DNA of 64,000 nt. Source: Octopus vulgaris. Taxonomy: Eukaryota. The DNA is taken from the NCBI GenBank assembly GCA_951406725.2, contig OX597818.1, positions 120,032,001 through 120,096,000 on the forward strand, in the 5' to 3' direction. The notes under the pieces were generated by a model that did no database searches, was not told where the DNA came from, and was given only the letters and a program-made list of their open reading frames with translations. The position numbers were made by a program, and so were the translations under genes. Shown piece by piece: positions 12,526-26,113 of the stretch (within the stretch, counting starts at the first letter, position 1; the number at the start of each line of letters is the position of its first letter).

Positions 12526-15500
12526 CAGTTTCTGTCTACCATATCCACTCACAAGGCTTTGGTTGGCCCAAGGCTATAGTAGAAAATACTTGCCCAAGGT
12601 GCCACACAGTGGGACTGAACCAAGAACCATGTGGTTGGGAAGCAAGCTTCTTACCACACAGCTACACCTGCGCCTACAAAATATTCTGTCTCCTAGTTTT
12701 GTTTTCAATACATTTTTATGAAGCTTAATTTGAACCATCTTATGGATGGCATAGATGTGACAATTCTCAGAAGATCAACATTCTGGAGCAATAGAAAATT
12801 GTCAGGATCTCTTACGTTATGTGTGCCTTGGTTCAACACCAGAAGTTGCCGTTTTCCATCCAGGAAAAATCCATTTAAAGACGTATCATATTAAAAAATG
12901 CAATATACATTGGAGCTAGGTGAAGTGATATCATTGCTGTAGTGATCTTCTGAGTGACAGCTAATATGTATTTCACTGAAGTTGCAACTTATCAATGACA
13001 TGTAGTTGTGTCATTTCTAAACCAAAATCGAAATCTCTAGCCTGAAGTATATATACAGGTAGTCTATAAAACTATCTGCTGATTTACAATGATATTACAT
13101 AAGCAGAATAAATTTGGATTATGCAACAGAAGCTATTCTATAATAAAAATATTTTCAATGTATCATACTTAATGTGTGTTGTTGAAATGCTAGAAGTTGT
13201 GTTTGTAATTTCTCCAAAATATATTGAACTATATGATAGCTTAATTTTTCTCTTTTTTTTTCATTATTATTCTGTGATAGACCTGGACACATTATCAGCA
13301 ATATCATCTGGGAGTGAGTCAGTGGATATTTCAGATCTTTCAAGAATCAGAACCCCTTATCTAGATGACCTGGTCAGGGTTGATTGAACCCCAGGTCATG
13401 TCTAGTTAACACTAGCCCAAGCAGTGCTATCCTATCCAGGGTTCATACATCCTGATTCACAATTACCTTGAAGGAATCTTTGCTGCCTCCATAACCAACT
13501 TGGTAGCCTTCCAACTAATGGCCTGTTTGTTATAGGCTCTATAGAAGGCATGTAGCTTTGTGGTCAGTATTCAGCTCATAATCATAAGGCCCTGAGTTCA
13601 ATTCCTGGTGGAGCATTGTGTCATTGAGCAAGATATTTTATTTCACACTGCTCCAGTCCATTCAGCTGGCAAAAATGAGTTGTACCTGTTATTCAAAGGG
13701 CCAACCACGTCACATTTTGTGGCATGCTGAATCTCCCTTAGAATTATGTGACGGGTACTTGCAGGGGGGGGGGGCTAAGCTGCCAGTCAATCGGACAATG
13801 CCTGAGGGCCTGCACTCTACATGTAAACTCCACTAAGTCAATCCTAAGGGACCTGGTAAACAGTTACACCCGAGGGCCATTAATACTCTCAGTCCACCCC
13901 TGGGTACTAGAGTCTGTGGAGTGCTCAGTCACTTGCATGCTAATTTCAAGAGCAAGCTGTTCCATTGATCAAATCAACTACAACTATCATCATATTAACC
14001 AGTGGAGTGCTGGTCAGAAGGACTGGCCTTTGAGAGCAAGGACAAACACAACAGGTAGTAATGAATGAAAGACATATATTTCACTTACAATATCATAAAA
14101 ATCCCGAATACAAGTCTTGACGTGTGGACTAGTATCACCGTAGTCAATTTTACCACGAGTAGATCCACAGCAGTTGAACTGAAAAAGAGAGGAAAGAAGA
14201 AAGAATGAGAACACAAAAGATTGGTAGCAAATGGAATTTTTGGTGGAGAATCAATTGCAAATGAGTCCGTGTATTTTATGGAATACATTAGCAGAGGTTT
14301 TTTTGTAGCTGATAAATATCAATATTACAATATTACAAGTGGCTCTGGTTCTTACAATAAACTATAAACCAATAATTCTATTGTTAAGAGATACAGAAAT
14401 CTATAAGCTACAATGACATGAATATATATATATATATACATTTATATATATATATATATATATATACACAATTATGAATACGGGCAAAAGAAAAATATGC
14501 TGAGAAATAGACTTTCAATCGTCATTCACCACATACAATATACATCACTATAAATATACATTGTGTATTTATAGTGATAACGCCAACCACTCTGTGAGTG
14601 TAGTGGGTGCTTTTTACGTACCATCAGCACAGGGGCCAGAGGAGGCTGGCAACAAGTACCAACCGATCGTGGCCGTTTGCCATCCTCCTCTGGCCCCTGT
14701 GCTGGTGGCACGTAAAAAGCATCCACTACACTCACGGAGTGGCTGGCATTAGGAAGGGCATCCAGCTGTAGAAACACTGCCAGATCAGACTGGAGCCTGG
14801 CGCAGCCTCCTGGCTTCCCAGAACTCGGTCGAACAGTCCAACCCATGCTAGCATGGAAAATAGACATTAAACGATGATGATGATGATGTATAGTGTATGT
14901 GGTAATTGACGATTGAAAGTCTATTTCTCAGCATATTGGCATAGAAATTTTTTCTTTTGCCCTTGTTTATAATTGTTTATAATTTTCACCTTAAAAGATA
15001 TTTTAATATGCTGGCCACTTGAAATTTTTTGAAAAAATTTTATCCTATATTAGAAGTATATATATATATATATATGTATAAAATTTAGAGAAAAACCTCT
15101 ATTAAACAATTCAATAGTGAAAGACATAAATTAACATAAAAATTTGATTGAAGGTTTTAACCTTCTTGTTACCACATTCCTGTTACAATACACCCTTTTT
15201 ATTTCAATTAACTTTGAAAGTAATAAAAGAATTTAGTAAAATATTTTGGTCACTATTAAGCTGGTAACTGGATCATAAACTAATGTTGAATACAAATTAT
15301 CTACCTATCTAAGAAACTTGGGTAGATTGATATCAAAAGGCTTCAAATCTAGATCACTTTACAACAGAAATTTTGTCTCATAGAAGGTTTAAAAAGAAGA
15401 GTAAGTGGGTGGAAAAAAAACCCTTGATAAAATTTAGGATTTCACTCCGAACTTACGTCCTTTTGTACACTGTCCATAAGAATCTGTGATGCCTTATTTG

Positions 15501-18500
15501 TGTCATATTTTTCAACAGCATTGTCCAACATATCCTCGACAAGGTTACCCATCTGAAGAAGAGTGATGGATTAAAAAATAATTATTAAAATGAAAATAAA
15601 ATAGTAACATAGATAATTATACAACACTTTCTAAACAATAAATATAAGAAAAGAATTAAAATCATAAATTAATAAAAATTAATTGACATGTTAATAAAAA
15701 TGAAAGACTTAGGTAATATCAAGAAAAAGATTAGTGTACAGTGCTGTAAAATAAAAAGTTAATTATCCAATTAGCCAAGATCAGAATGATTTTACCTTAT
15801 TTACATAACCAATGTTACAATAAAAGACCACAATAAAGAAATGATGAAAGTAATTATTGGAACATGCTAGCATAATTTTTTGTTCTGCTTCAAAATCACT
15901 TTTCAAACTGTTTAATTTTCATTTATTAATTTTTATTTGTTTATGAAGGTTGCACTGATTACTCTTTTACCCTTTTACTTGTTTCAGTCATTTGACTGTG
16001 GCCATGCTGGAGCACCACCACTATTGTTCCCATGTCTGCTCAGACACGGAGTAATAGCAGCTATTAACTCTTTCATTACCAACCCAGCTGAAACCAGCTC
16101 TGGCTCTGTAGTACAAATGTCTTGTTTCCATATGTTTTGAATTAAAATCTTCTACCAAACCTTAGTCACAATTTATGTTCCTAACACTAGCTGAATGATA
16201 ACTAAGTTATTTTACTAAATTCTTTGTTATATTTAAAATTAATTGAAAGAAACACAGAGCATCTCAAAATAAATACAGCAACGAAATGGTTAAACTATCT
16301 ATATCTATAAAAGGCAGGATGTGTGTGTGTGTGTGTGTGTATGTGTGTGTGTGTGTGTACATGAATGTACTTTATGCACGTCCACAAATTAGCACGCATG
16401 TCGTTTCAATTTTAGGAGGACATTGATCACAACCATGGCTGTGCTTTTGTCAACTTATTTTTCCTGAAACACCTTCAGATAGTGGTAAAAATAGCTTTTC
16501 AACCATAACTTCGACCAATTTTCATATTGGTGAAATCTGTAAGTTTGCTAACATGAGTTAAGTCCCCTATCTTATAGATTAATTCACCCTACTACAATGC
16601 CTCAAAAAAAAAAATTAGATTTAGACGACAGGGGAAAAGAGAAAGAGCTGAAGAGACTGACTATCAGCGGACCCGTTAGTAAAATATAACTTTTGGGGCT
16701 GAAGCCTGGCAATAAGAGCTTGCAGATATTCCGCTACAAAACATTCAATAATACTGAAGCAGTAACTTTCATAAATCAAGGTATAATTTTTGAAGACTCT
16801 TTCTGAACCCAGTCAACGACAGATATTTCTGCTAGTGACAGGTATTCTGCTAATAAGGCGGCGAGCTGGCAGAAACGTTAGCATGCTGGGCAAAATGCTT
16901 AGCGGTATTTCGTCTGCGTTACGTTCTGAGTTCAAATTCCGTCAAGGTTGACTTTGCCTTTCATCCTTTCGGGGTCGATAAATTAAGTACCAGTTACGCA
17001 CTGGGGTCGATGTAATCGACTTAATACCTATGTCTACCTATGTCTGTCCTGTGTTTAGCCCCTTGTGGGTAATAAAGAAATAGGTATTTCTGCTAGTATA
17101 CTATATTTCTAGGAAGAAATATTTTCTTTTGTGAAAACATTTTAAATTCCCAAAAGAGTGGCTGTAAGCTCTGTTAGGTTTGCATTGCAATATTGAATCA
17201 CATATTTAGGAAAGTCCTCCTCCTACAACTGGTATGGCATGCTTTGAAGGTGATTTTTCTCTTTGCTACAAGGAAGTATGTTTCAAATGTTATCTTTCAG
17301 AGCTTAACTTTGTTTGATTTATATGTAATTTATAATCCATGGAAGATTCTAGATTAACATGTTTTTAATAATAACTTAAAAAAAAAAAAGAAATTCTACC
17401 TCAGCTTTTTTCCTGTATGTAAACACAAATTAATGATGGAAGTCACTACAGAATTGGGTTGTCTTTCTCAATAAGTTTATAAAGAAATATCAAACTTAAT
17501 ACTTCCTGCAGTCTCCCCCATCCTTCGTCTCACTTATCAAGGATCATAATGAGTGGCACTTATCTATGATTTCTTTTAAATTGGAACCAAAGCAGCTGGA
17601 ATATAAATATTCTCCATGAAAAATAACACTTATCTACTACGAGGAACTTATTCAAGAAATGTAGTTCCCATTTTTGACTCTGAAATATGTTGTCAAACAG
17701 AGCTATGGTAAATAGTGTTCCAACAGTGGCCACACTGTATAGTGTATCATGGACTACAAAATCTAATGTGTACTTCACTTTAAGATAATAAGACAGGAGT
17801 TGATGGTACTTTCACTGTTCTTACAAGAAAGTCAGGCTTTTTTTGGCACATGAGAAAAAATCAAGTGCTTGCTTTATGCTCTGAGGTACAAAAAAGAAAA
17901 ATGATAATACTTGTAGTGGTTTTGAACCCACAATCTTCATGTTGTCAGTTCAATACTCTATCCAGTAATCCAGTTCAGTTTCTTGAGTTTAACTTCTATT
18001 TAATGGGAAATAAAAGTTAACTTGCAATAAACTGACATCTTGTCCAAAAACAGATCTGTCTCTCATTTTCTTAATGCTATGGAGACACACAGCTCAAGCA
18101 TTCTTGTGGTAATTTTTATAAGAAATTTTCAGTTCATATTCTTTCCCAGTCTCACAAATACCAATTCCAGGTTTTTAAACCCCTTGTTTACATGCCACCT
18201 GCACAGGAGCCAGTCCAGCGACACTGGCAACGACCTCGCTTGAATGTTTTTTCACATGCCAGTAAGGTGACACTGATCACGCTTGAATGGTGCTTTTTAC
18301 ATGCCATTCGAGCATGATCGTTACCATCGTTTACTGGCACTTGTGCCAATATATTGAGGCAAGTGTAATCGAAATCGAAATCAGTGACTGGCTAGGATGG
18401 TGCTCTACAGAAAGTTGACTTATTTATCTCCCTTTGTTGTTATTTCCCCCTTTAATTTTTATTTACTTGTTTAAACACCCGAAATTGAAAGATTACCGGA

Positions 18501-19451
18501 ATTCATAAACTTTAAGAAAACATGAAATGTTCTCTTTTTGGACAGTGAATCTCAAAACAGCTATGAATATTAGCAGGTACATATTGGGTAAAAAATATAT
18601 TTTGGACAGAAAAAAAAAAATCAAATGCTTACACACACACACACACGCACACACGCACACACACACATACACACACACACACATATATATATATAAATGT
18701 AAAAATTATATATAAATATATTAAGTTTTAAACTTAATATATTTATATTAAACTTAATATATAAATATATTAAGTTTAATATTGTTTTATAAACTTATTT
18801 AGAAAGACAACTCAATTATATATATAAATATATATAAATGTAAAAATACATATATAAAAGTAAAAATTGCTTAAAACGCTTACAGAACAAGGCCAAAGCA
18901 GACAAATTATATGCACATAACAATATACATGAATAATATGAAAATGTGTTTCAGGAAGCAATCCATCTCTTCCTTTTGGTTACCACACCAGCTTTTTTTT
19001 AAAAACTTTTCTGCCGTGTTTTTATTTAAGAGTGTGCCAAAAAGAATTGCACTAGGATTGACATGAATGAGCAGAAGAGAAAAAGAAGTCGACAAGGAAA
19101 TGGTAGCATGCAATTTTAGAGATGGATTCTGTTAATTTGTTTTTTTTTCAAACAAGCCTGGGTTGCATAGAATTTGTGTTGCTAAACATTTGTAATATAA
19201 ACTTGAAGATGGTTTATAAAGGAAGTGTCTGATATATGTTCTTTTATTCTTTTACTTGTTTCAGTCACTTGACTGTGGCCATGCTGGAGCACTGCTTTTA
19301 GTCGAGCAAATCGACCCCAGGACTTATTCTTTGGAAGCCTAGTACTTATTTTATCGGTCTCTTTTGCCAAACCGCTAAGTTACGGGGATGTAAATGCACC
19401 AGCATTAATTGTCAAGCGATGTTGAGGAGGGAGACAAAAACACAGACACAC

Positions 19452-19506
<55 letters not shown>

Positions 19507-21367
19507 TTATATATACGACGGGCTTCTTGCAATTTCTGTCTACCAAATCCACTCACAAGGCTTTGGTCAGCCTGAGGCTATAAGTAGATGATACTTGCCC
19601 AAGGTACCACACAGTGGGAGTGAACCTGGAAACATGTGGTTGGTAAGCAAGCTACTTACCACACAGCCACTCCTGTGCCTATTCTTTTCTTTTACTTGTT
19701 TCAGTCATTTGACTGTGACCATGCTGGAGCACTGCCTTTAGTCATGCAAATTGATCCCAGGACTTATTCTTTGTAAGCCTAGTACTTATTATATCGGTCT
19801 CTTTTGCCAAACTGCTAAGTTACTGGGATGTAAATGCACCAGCATCAGTTGTCAAGTGATGTGGGGGGTGGGCAAACATATACATACATACACTTGCTCA
19901 AGGTGCCACACAGTGGGAGTGAACGCTCAAATGGTGTTTTTTACATGCCACCAGCACAGAAGCCAGTTAGCTGCTCTGGCAATGATCATGCTCGGATGGT
20001 GCTCTTAGGGCTCCTCTAGCACGGATGCCAGTCACCGAATTTGATTTCGATTTCAACCACATTTCTTAAAAATCATGGTAGAGGCTTTGGTCTCAGGACC
20101 ACTAATGTATAGAAACTGAAGTTGGGGGTAAGTAAGGGCATGCTCCCCTTAGAAAATCCAGCTCTAAAAAAACCTCAGGATAGCAAAGGAGAATGGGCAC
20201 CAGCCAGCCCAAAGGTTTGGATGGGCTGCACCTGCCTACCTCGGTTGCTATGGCATTGAGGTAGATCTGGCCATCCCTATTAATGGGGACAAAACCTGGA
20301 CTTAAAATACTGGATGATGATGATGATGATGATCCATACCCCACTCACAAGACTTTGGTCAATAGTAAATCTAAGGGAGAAGGCACATGCCTAACTTGCC
20401 AAGCAATGGTATTGAACCCAGAAATGCAGAACTTTCAAGGCAAACTTCTTAAATGCATTACTATACTTGCACCCAGAGTGCTGAGACTTGTCTAGAATTC
20501 TTAATTTTGGGGTCTAAAATTAGACCTTTACATTATCTCTGACATAGTGAACAGGATGTAAAAAATTTAATGGTAATAGCTTTTTTCGTCAAGATGTGTA
20601 GGGTTCAGTTTCCAGAGAAATGTTTATTTAACTGATGGGATCTAATTAGACAATGGGGACTCAGTCTATTGGTTGAAACTGACCCTTTTCCCCCACTAAA
20701 CTGAAGGTAGAAGTGAAAATTGTTTAGTCACTATTTTTAAATGCAACCCAATAGAGATAGTAGCCATGGAAAGAAGAAATTTTGTTAGATTGTGTTTATA
20801 TTTTTTGAATTTTCTTTTTATATATGTTTATTTTTCTGTCTTAAGTAAAATCTTTTAATATGAAAGCAAACATTCAAAGAAATATTTTGGAAAAAAGAAG
20901 TCCAGAAAAAATACTTGAAACAAAACCAATAACAATAACATAACAATAACAATAACAATAATAATAATAATAATGACAATAATAATAAAAAAAGATAAAC
21001 AACAACAGTAGGCGCAGGAAAAATATGAGAATAAGTTCACTAAGACAAAAATGCAACAAATATTTGACAAATTTCACAAATAAATAAATACATTGATAAA
21101 ATAAAATATGATAAAAACAACAAATAGTTGCTTTTTTTTTTGTTATTTTAGATAAAAGGTGTTTACCAAATCCAATTCATCCTAGCCAATGGAAGCAGTA
21201 ATGTAAACAAAAGATTAGCTTAAGATTAACATCGTCATCGTTGTCCATTGTTTATTGTTTAAACAACATGGAATTACTGCATAATCAGCTCATCTTGAGT
21301 AACGAATGAATGGTGAGAGAAAGAAAGAGAGTGGGAGAGAGTGAGGGATTGAGTAAGAGGCAGAGTT

Positions 21368-21406
<39 letters not shown>

Positions 21407-24400
21407 CAGGATTCTTTTGACAGAAAACCAATTAAACTTACCAAAAGAAGGATAACGATGTGTTAAGAATTAATGAAAATAAATTAGTAAAATCAAACGC
21501 TGCTTTTTTTGGGGGTTTTTTTCTTCTTTTTGTCCCAATAAAAAGATTACATACTGGAAAGCAATTTAGTTTTATTAAATTAATGAATTTATTTCTTTAT
21601 CATCTAAATTTTTATTCGCTTCAATCATTAGGCTGTGGCTAAGCTGGAGCACTGCCTTGATGGATTGAGTCAAATAAATTAACCCCAGGACTTATTTTGT
21701 AAAGCTTAGAACTTCTCAAGTTACGAGGATGTAAACAAACCAGCACTGGTTGTCATGCAACAGTGGCAGGGCGCTATATATACAACAGGGCTTCTTTCAG
21801 TTTCTGTCAACCAAATCCACTCACAAGGCTTCTGGGGTTATAGTAGAAGACATTTGCCCAAGATGCCACACAATGGGACTGAACCCAGAACCAAGTGGTT
21901 GGGAAGCAACCTTCTTACCATACAGCCATGCCTGCGTATATATATATACGACAGGCTTCTTTCAGTTTCTGTCTACCAAATCCACTCTCAAGGCTTTGGT
22001 CAGCTTGAGGCTGTAGTAGAAGACACTTGCCCAAGTTGTTAGACAGTGGGGCTGAACCCGGAACCATGTGGTTGCATATTTAAATTATTTTACATTCATT
22101 AATATTTTAACCCCAAATGCTGCAGATATTTTGTGGAAAGGTATAATTAATGATATCGATCCTAATTGTTTTTGGAAATTTTGGATGCAATCATATTGGT
22201 GGAGAACATGCTCTTTTAGTAATCTGATTCCTTCCCTACTACTAATCGGTCAACCGTGAAATGCTCTTGTAACCTGTTCTTTTTTTTTTAATCTTTTACA
22301 ATTTGATGCTTTTCCTACTGTTAACTACTCACCTGTGAAGTTCTGATGTAATATGGTTATTACAATTAGACACCTTTCTTACAACTAACCTGCTCAACTG
22401 TGAAGTGCTGTTGTAATATGTTTTTGCAATTGGATGCCTTCCCTGCCACTAAACCGTGCAACTATGAAGTACCACTATGACGATGTTTTACAATTAAACA
22501 CCTTTCCTGTCAGTAAACCAATCAACCTGTTTGCTGGGCCTGACAGATTCTGGTTATTTGCCAGAGTCTGTGAGAGGTAGAGGATAATGGCTGTAAAAAG
22601 ACTTGACTGGAACCTTTTTGTTACCATATTTCTATTGAAATACACTGCTTCGTTTCAATCAATTTTGAAAACAATTAAGAACTTGGTTAAATTACTTTTA
22701 TTCTTTTACTTGTTTCAGTCATTTGACAGTGGCCATGCTGGAGCACTGCCTTTAGTCGAACAAATTGAACCCAGGACTTATTCTTTGTAAGCCTAGTACT
22801 TATTCTATTGAACCTAGGACTTATTCTTTGTAAGTCTAGTACTTATTCTATTGGTCCCTGTTGCTGAACCGCAAAGTTACGAGGACGAAAACACACCAAC
22901 ATCGGTTGTTAAGCAATAGTGGGGGAGACAAACGGACACACAATTACATACATACACTGGCAGAATTGCTAGCATGCCAGGCATAGCCTCAGGCCAACCA
23001 AAGCCTTGTGAGTGGATTTGGTAGAGGGAAACTGAAAGAAGCCCATAATATTTATGTGTGTGTGTGCGTGTGTGTGTTTGTCCCCCCCCCCATCACTTGA
23101 CAACCGATATTGATGTATTTATGTCCCCGTAACTTAGCGGTTCGGCAAAAGAGATCGATAGAATAAGTACTAGGCTTACAAAGAATAAGTCCTGGGGTCA
23201 ATTCGTTTGACGGAGGGTGGTGGTGCTCCAGCATGGCTGCAGTCAAATGACTGAAACAAGTAAAAGAGTAAAAGAACATCTATATATACGACAGGTTTCT
23301 CTCAGTTCCTGTCTACCAAACCCATTCACAAGGCTTTGGGGTTGGTTCAGGAACATAGTAGAAAACACTTGCCCAAGGTGCCATGCAGTGGGACTGAACC
23401 TCGAACCATGTGGTTGGAAAGCAAACATCTTACCACACAGCTATACTCAGAAATATTAGATACAAACTTTATACCATTTCTATACACAATACATTTTCAA
23501 CTTGATTTAACCTTTGTTTCTGAGTCTGTATTATTAGATTTGAAAACAGATTACAAGACACCACAACATTACAAGAGCAGAATTTATTATAAAGAAAATT
23601 GTCTATTTGCTGGTCGGTGCACAAAGCTCAACTAATATATCTAGAATCTATGATCCTGGTGTAGATCTGACAAATTTTAACAGGTCAAAATCACACAGAA
23701 TTATATGCAACAACAACAATAAATGCTTCTGTATAATCTAATATTAATATTATATTGCATTATAGTATTTATAATTCAATATTTATTGTTTATAACAGGT
23801 TTCAAACACGTTTAGCCTGGCTACAAAACAGAAACACTTTTTAAATATCTATTTTGGTTTGATGAACAATATATAAATATAGATATGTTCAAAAGTTGCT
23901 AATATAACTTTAAATGGTTGCTAATATAGCAAGAAATAGCAACCAAGTTTCCCTCAGATTACATCCTACAATCTTAAAAATGCAAACTGTATGTTGAAAT
24001 GTATGGGTATGATTGAACAGTTATTCAAAAAACAACAATCTGAGATATCCTTTACATTGTTGCTGAAATAGCTTGAAATAACAGCCAAATTCCCCTCAAA
24101 TCACATTCTGTCACCTTAAAAAAAGATGTAACGACATTCAGGATAACGTAGTCCTAGAAATGCCAAATCCAAGAGAAAGATGGGATGGTTATTTGATCAT
24201 AGTTCTACTCATACAGGGCTGACCTAGGGCTAAACATTATATATGTACAGGGTGCTTCAAAGATTTTATACTAATTTAGACATGGCTCTGGGAGCAGTTA
24301 TGTCTGGGTTCAGGGTTCAGTCCCACTGTGTGACACCTTGGGCAAGTGTCTTCTACTATAGCCCCAGGCTTACCAGAACCTTGTGAGTGGATTTGTTACT

Positions 24401-25756
24401 TGGATATTGATAAAAAAGCTCATCGTGTGTGTGTGTGTGGCTAGATATATATTTAGCTTAGTTTTTCCTTGGGGCTGGCCAGATTGGAGCAATCTCAAGA
24501 TTATTCAGCCGAAATTGCGAGGATGATCCGGTTCTTGACTGAAGATTAAAGGCTTCAAATGACCTGTCCGTGTTTTTTGTATTGTCTATCTGGATGTTTT
24601 GTTGTCCCTTTTTGTATCACCTAGTTGTCCAGATGTTTTGCGTTCTTGTCCCATTTTGTATTTTTTTATGTATGTATATTTCATTTCATTTTTATTTTAT
24701 CTAGTTTCAGCTCACAAGCTGTGGCCATGCTGGGGCACCATATATATATATATATATATATACATGAATATAAATATGCATGTATCATCATCATCATCAT
24801 TTGATGTTCGTTTTCCATGCTGGTAAAACTGGGAGCTGCACCATGTTCCACTGTCTATTTTCACATGGTTTCTACAGCTGGATGCCCTTCCTAATGTTAC
24901 ACACAAACACACACACAATAGGATTTTTTCAGTTTCTGCCGACCAAATCCACTCACAAAGCTTTCGTTTGCCTATGGTTATAGCAGAAAACACTTGCCCA
25001 AGGTGACACGCAGTAGGACTGAACCCTGAACCATGTGGGCAGGAAGCAAACATCTTACTGCACAGCCAAGCCCATTTCTATGCCTAAGAACATCCTGATT
25101 TTATCTAGTTGACATAATAAAAGCTTTGGAATCAATAGCAGAGAATTCTAAATTTAAGAAGAAAATAGGTAAAGCACTTTTGAAGAATGTCAAGTAATCA
25201 TTGTTATTTGACTTTAAATATTGATTGATTTTAGAATGACATTAGTCATTAATCACCAGGTATCAACACACTGTATGTGTGTTTAGGCATCTTGCTTTAT
25301 ATGTTTTGTATAGCTGTATGTGTGTATGTATGTATGTATGAAGGTATGTTTATATGTGTGTGTGTGTGTGAAATATATGTATATATGTGTGTATGTGTGT
25401 ATATGTGTGTCTATCTATGTAAGAATGTATGTATGTGTGTATGCGACTGAAATGTGTTTGTATATACATTTGTATGTATGTGTGTGTATGTATGTATGTG
25501 TGTATGTATGTATGTATGTATGTATGTATGTATGTGTGTGTGTGTGTGTACATGCATTTGTAATACAATATATAAACACAGAAGTCTGGTGCAGGCTTCA
25601 GCCTGGCTGGTTCTTGTGGTACCGTTCCACCCATTGCTAGAATGGATCATGGATGTTAAATGATCATAATGAAATTATCACTTGTTATTATTGCTGTATA
25701 TAACTCGGTGTATGTATGCTTCTACGTATAATTATAGGTGTGTATTTGAGCGTTTG

Positions 25757-25793
<37 letters not shown>

Positions 25794-26058
25794 TATGTGT
25801 AAATGTGTTAATATACATGTGTATTCGTGTGTATGTGTGTGAGCATATGTAGTTGTGTATGTGTGTGTGAGTATGTGTAGACATGTGTGTGCATGTATAC
25901 ACACACACACACACACACACACACATCTAGCTATGTAAATGCATAAAACACCATATATTAGAGATGCAAATAAATATGGGAAGATACAGCCATCAATGAA
26001 AATGGTAAAAATTTAAGAGAGAGAGAGAGGAGAGAAAGAGAGGGGGGAAGGAGGATGA

Positions 26059-26113
<55 letters not shown>

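Noticed and set aside
18884-19113. Minus-strand ORF containing [16 protein letters not shown], reminiscent of a tetraspanin N-terminus
   Set aside because: In-frame TAA before the nearest donor, and it lies downstream of the TM1-TM3 exons, so it cannot be the missing first exon.
21436-21500. Consensus donor tg|gtaagt on the gene strand
   Set aside because: No upstream acceptor with a pyrimidine tract, and the protein is already continuous across this intron.
22327-22340. cacag|gtgagt as a second ratchet point
   Set aside because: No polypyrimidine tract and it lies inside a degenerate tandem repeat.
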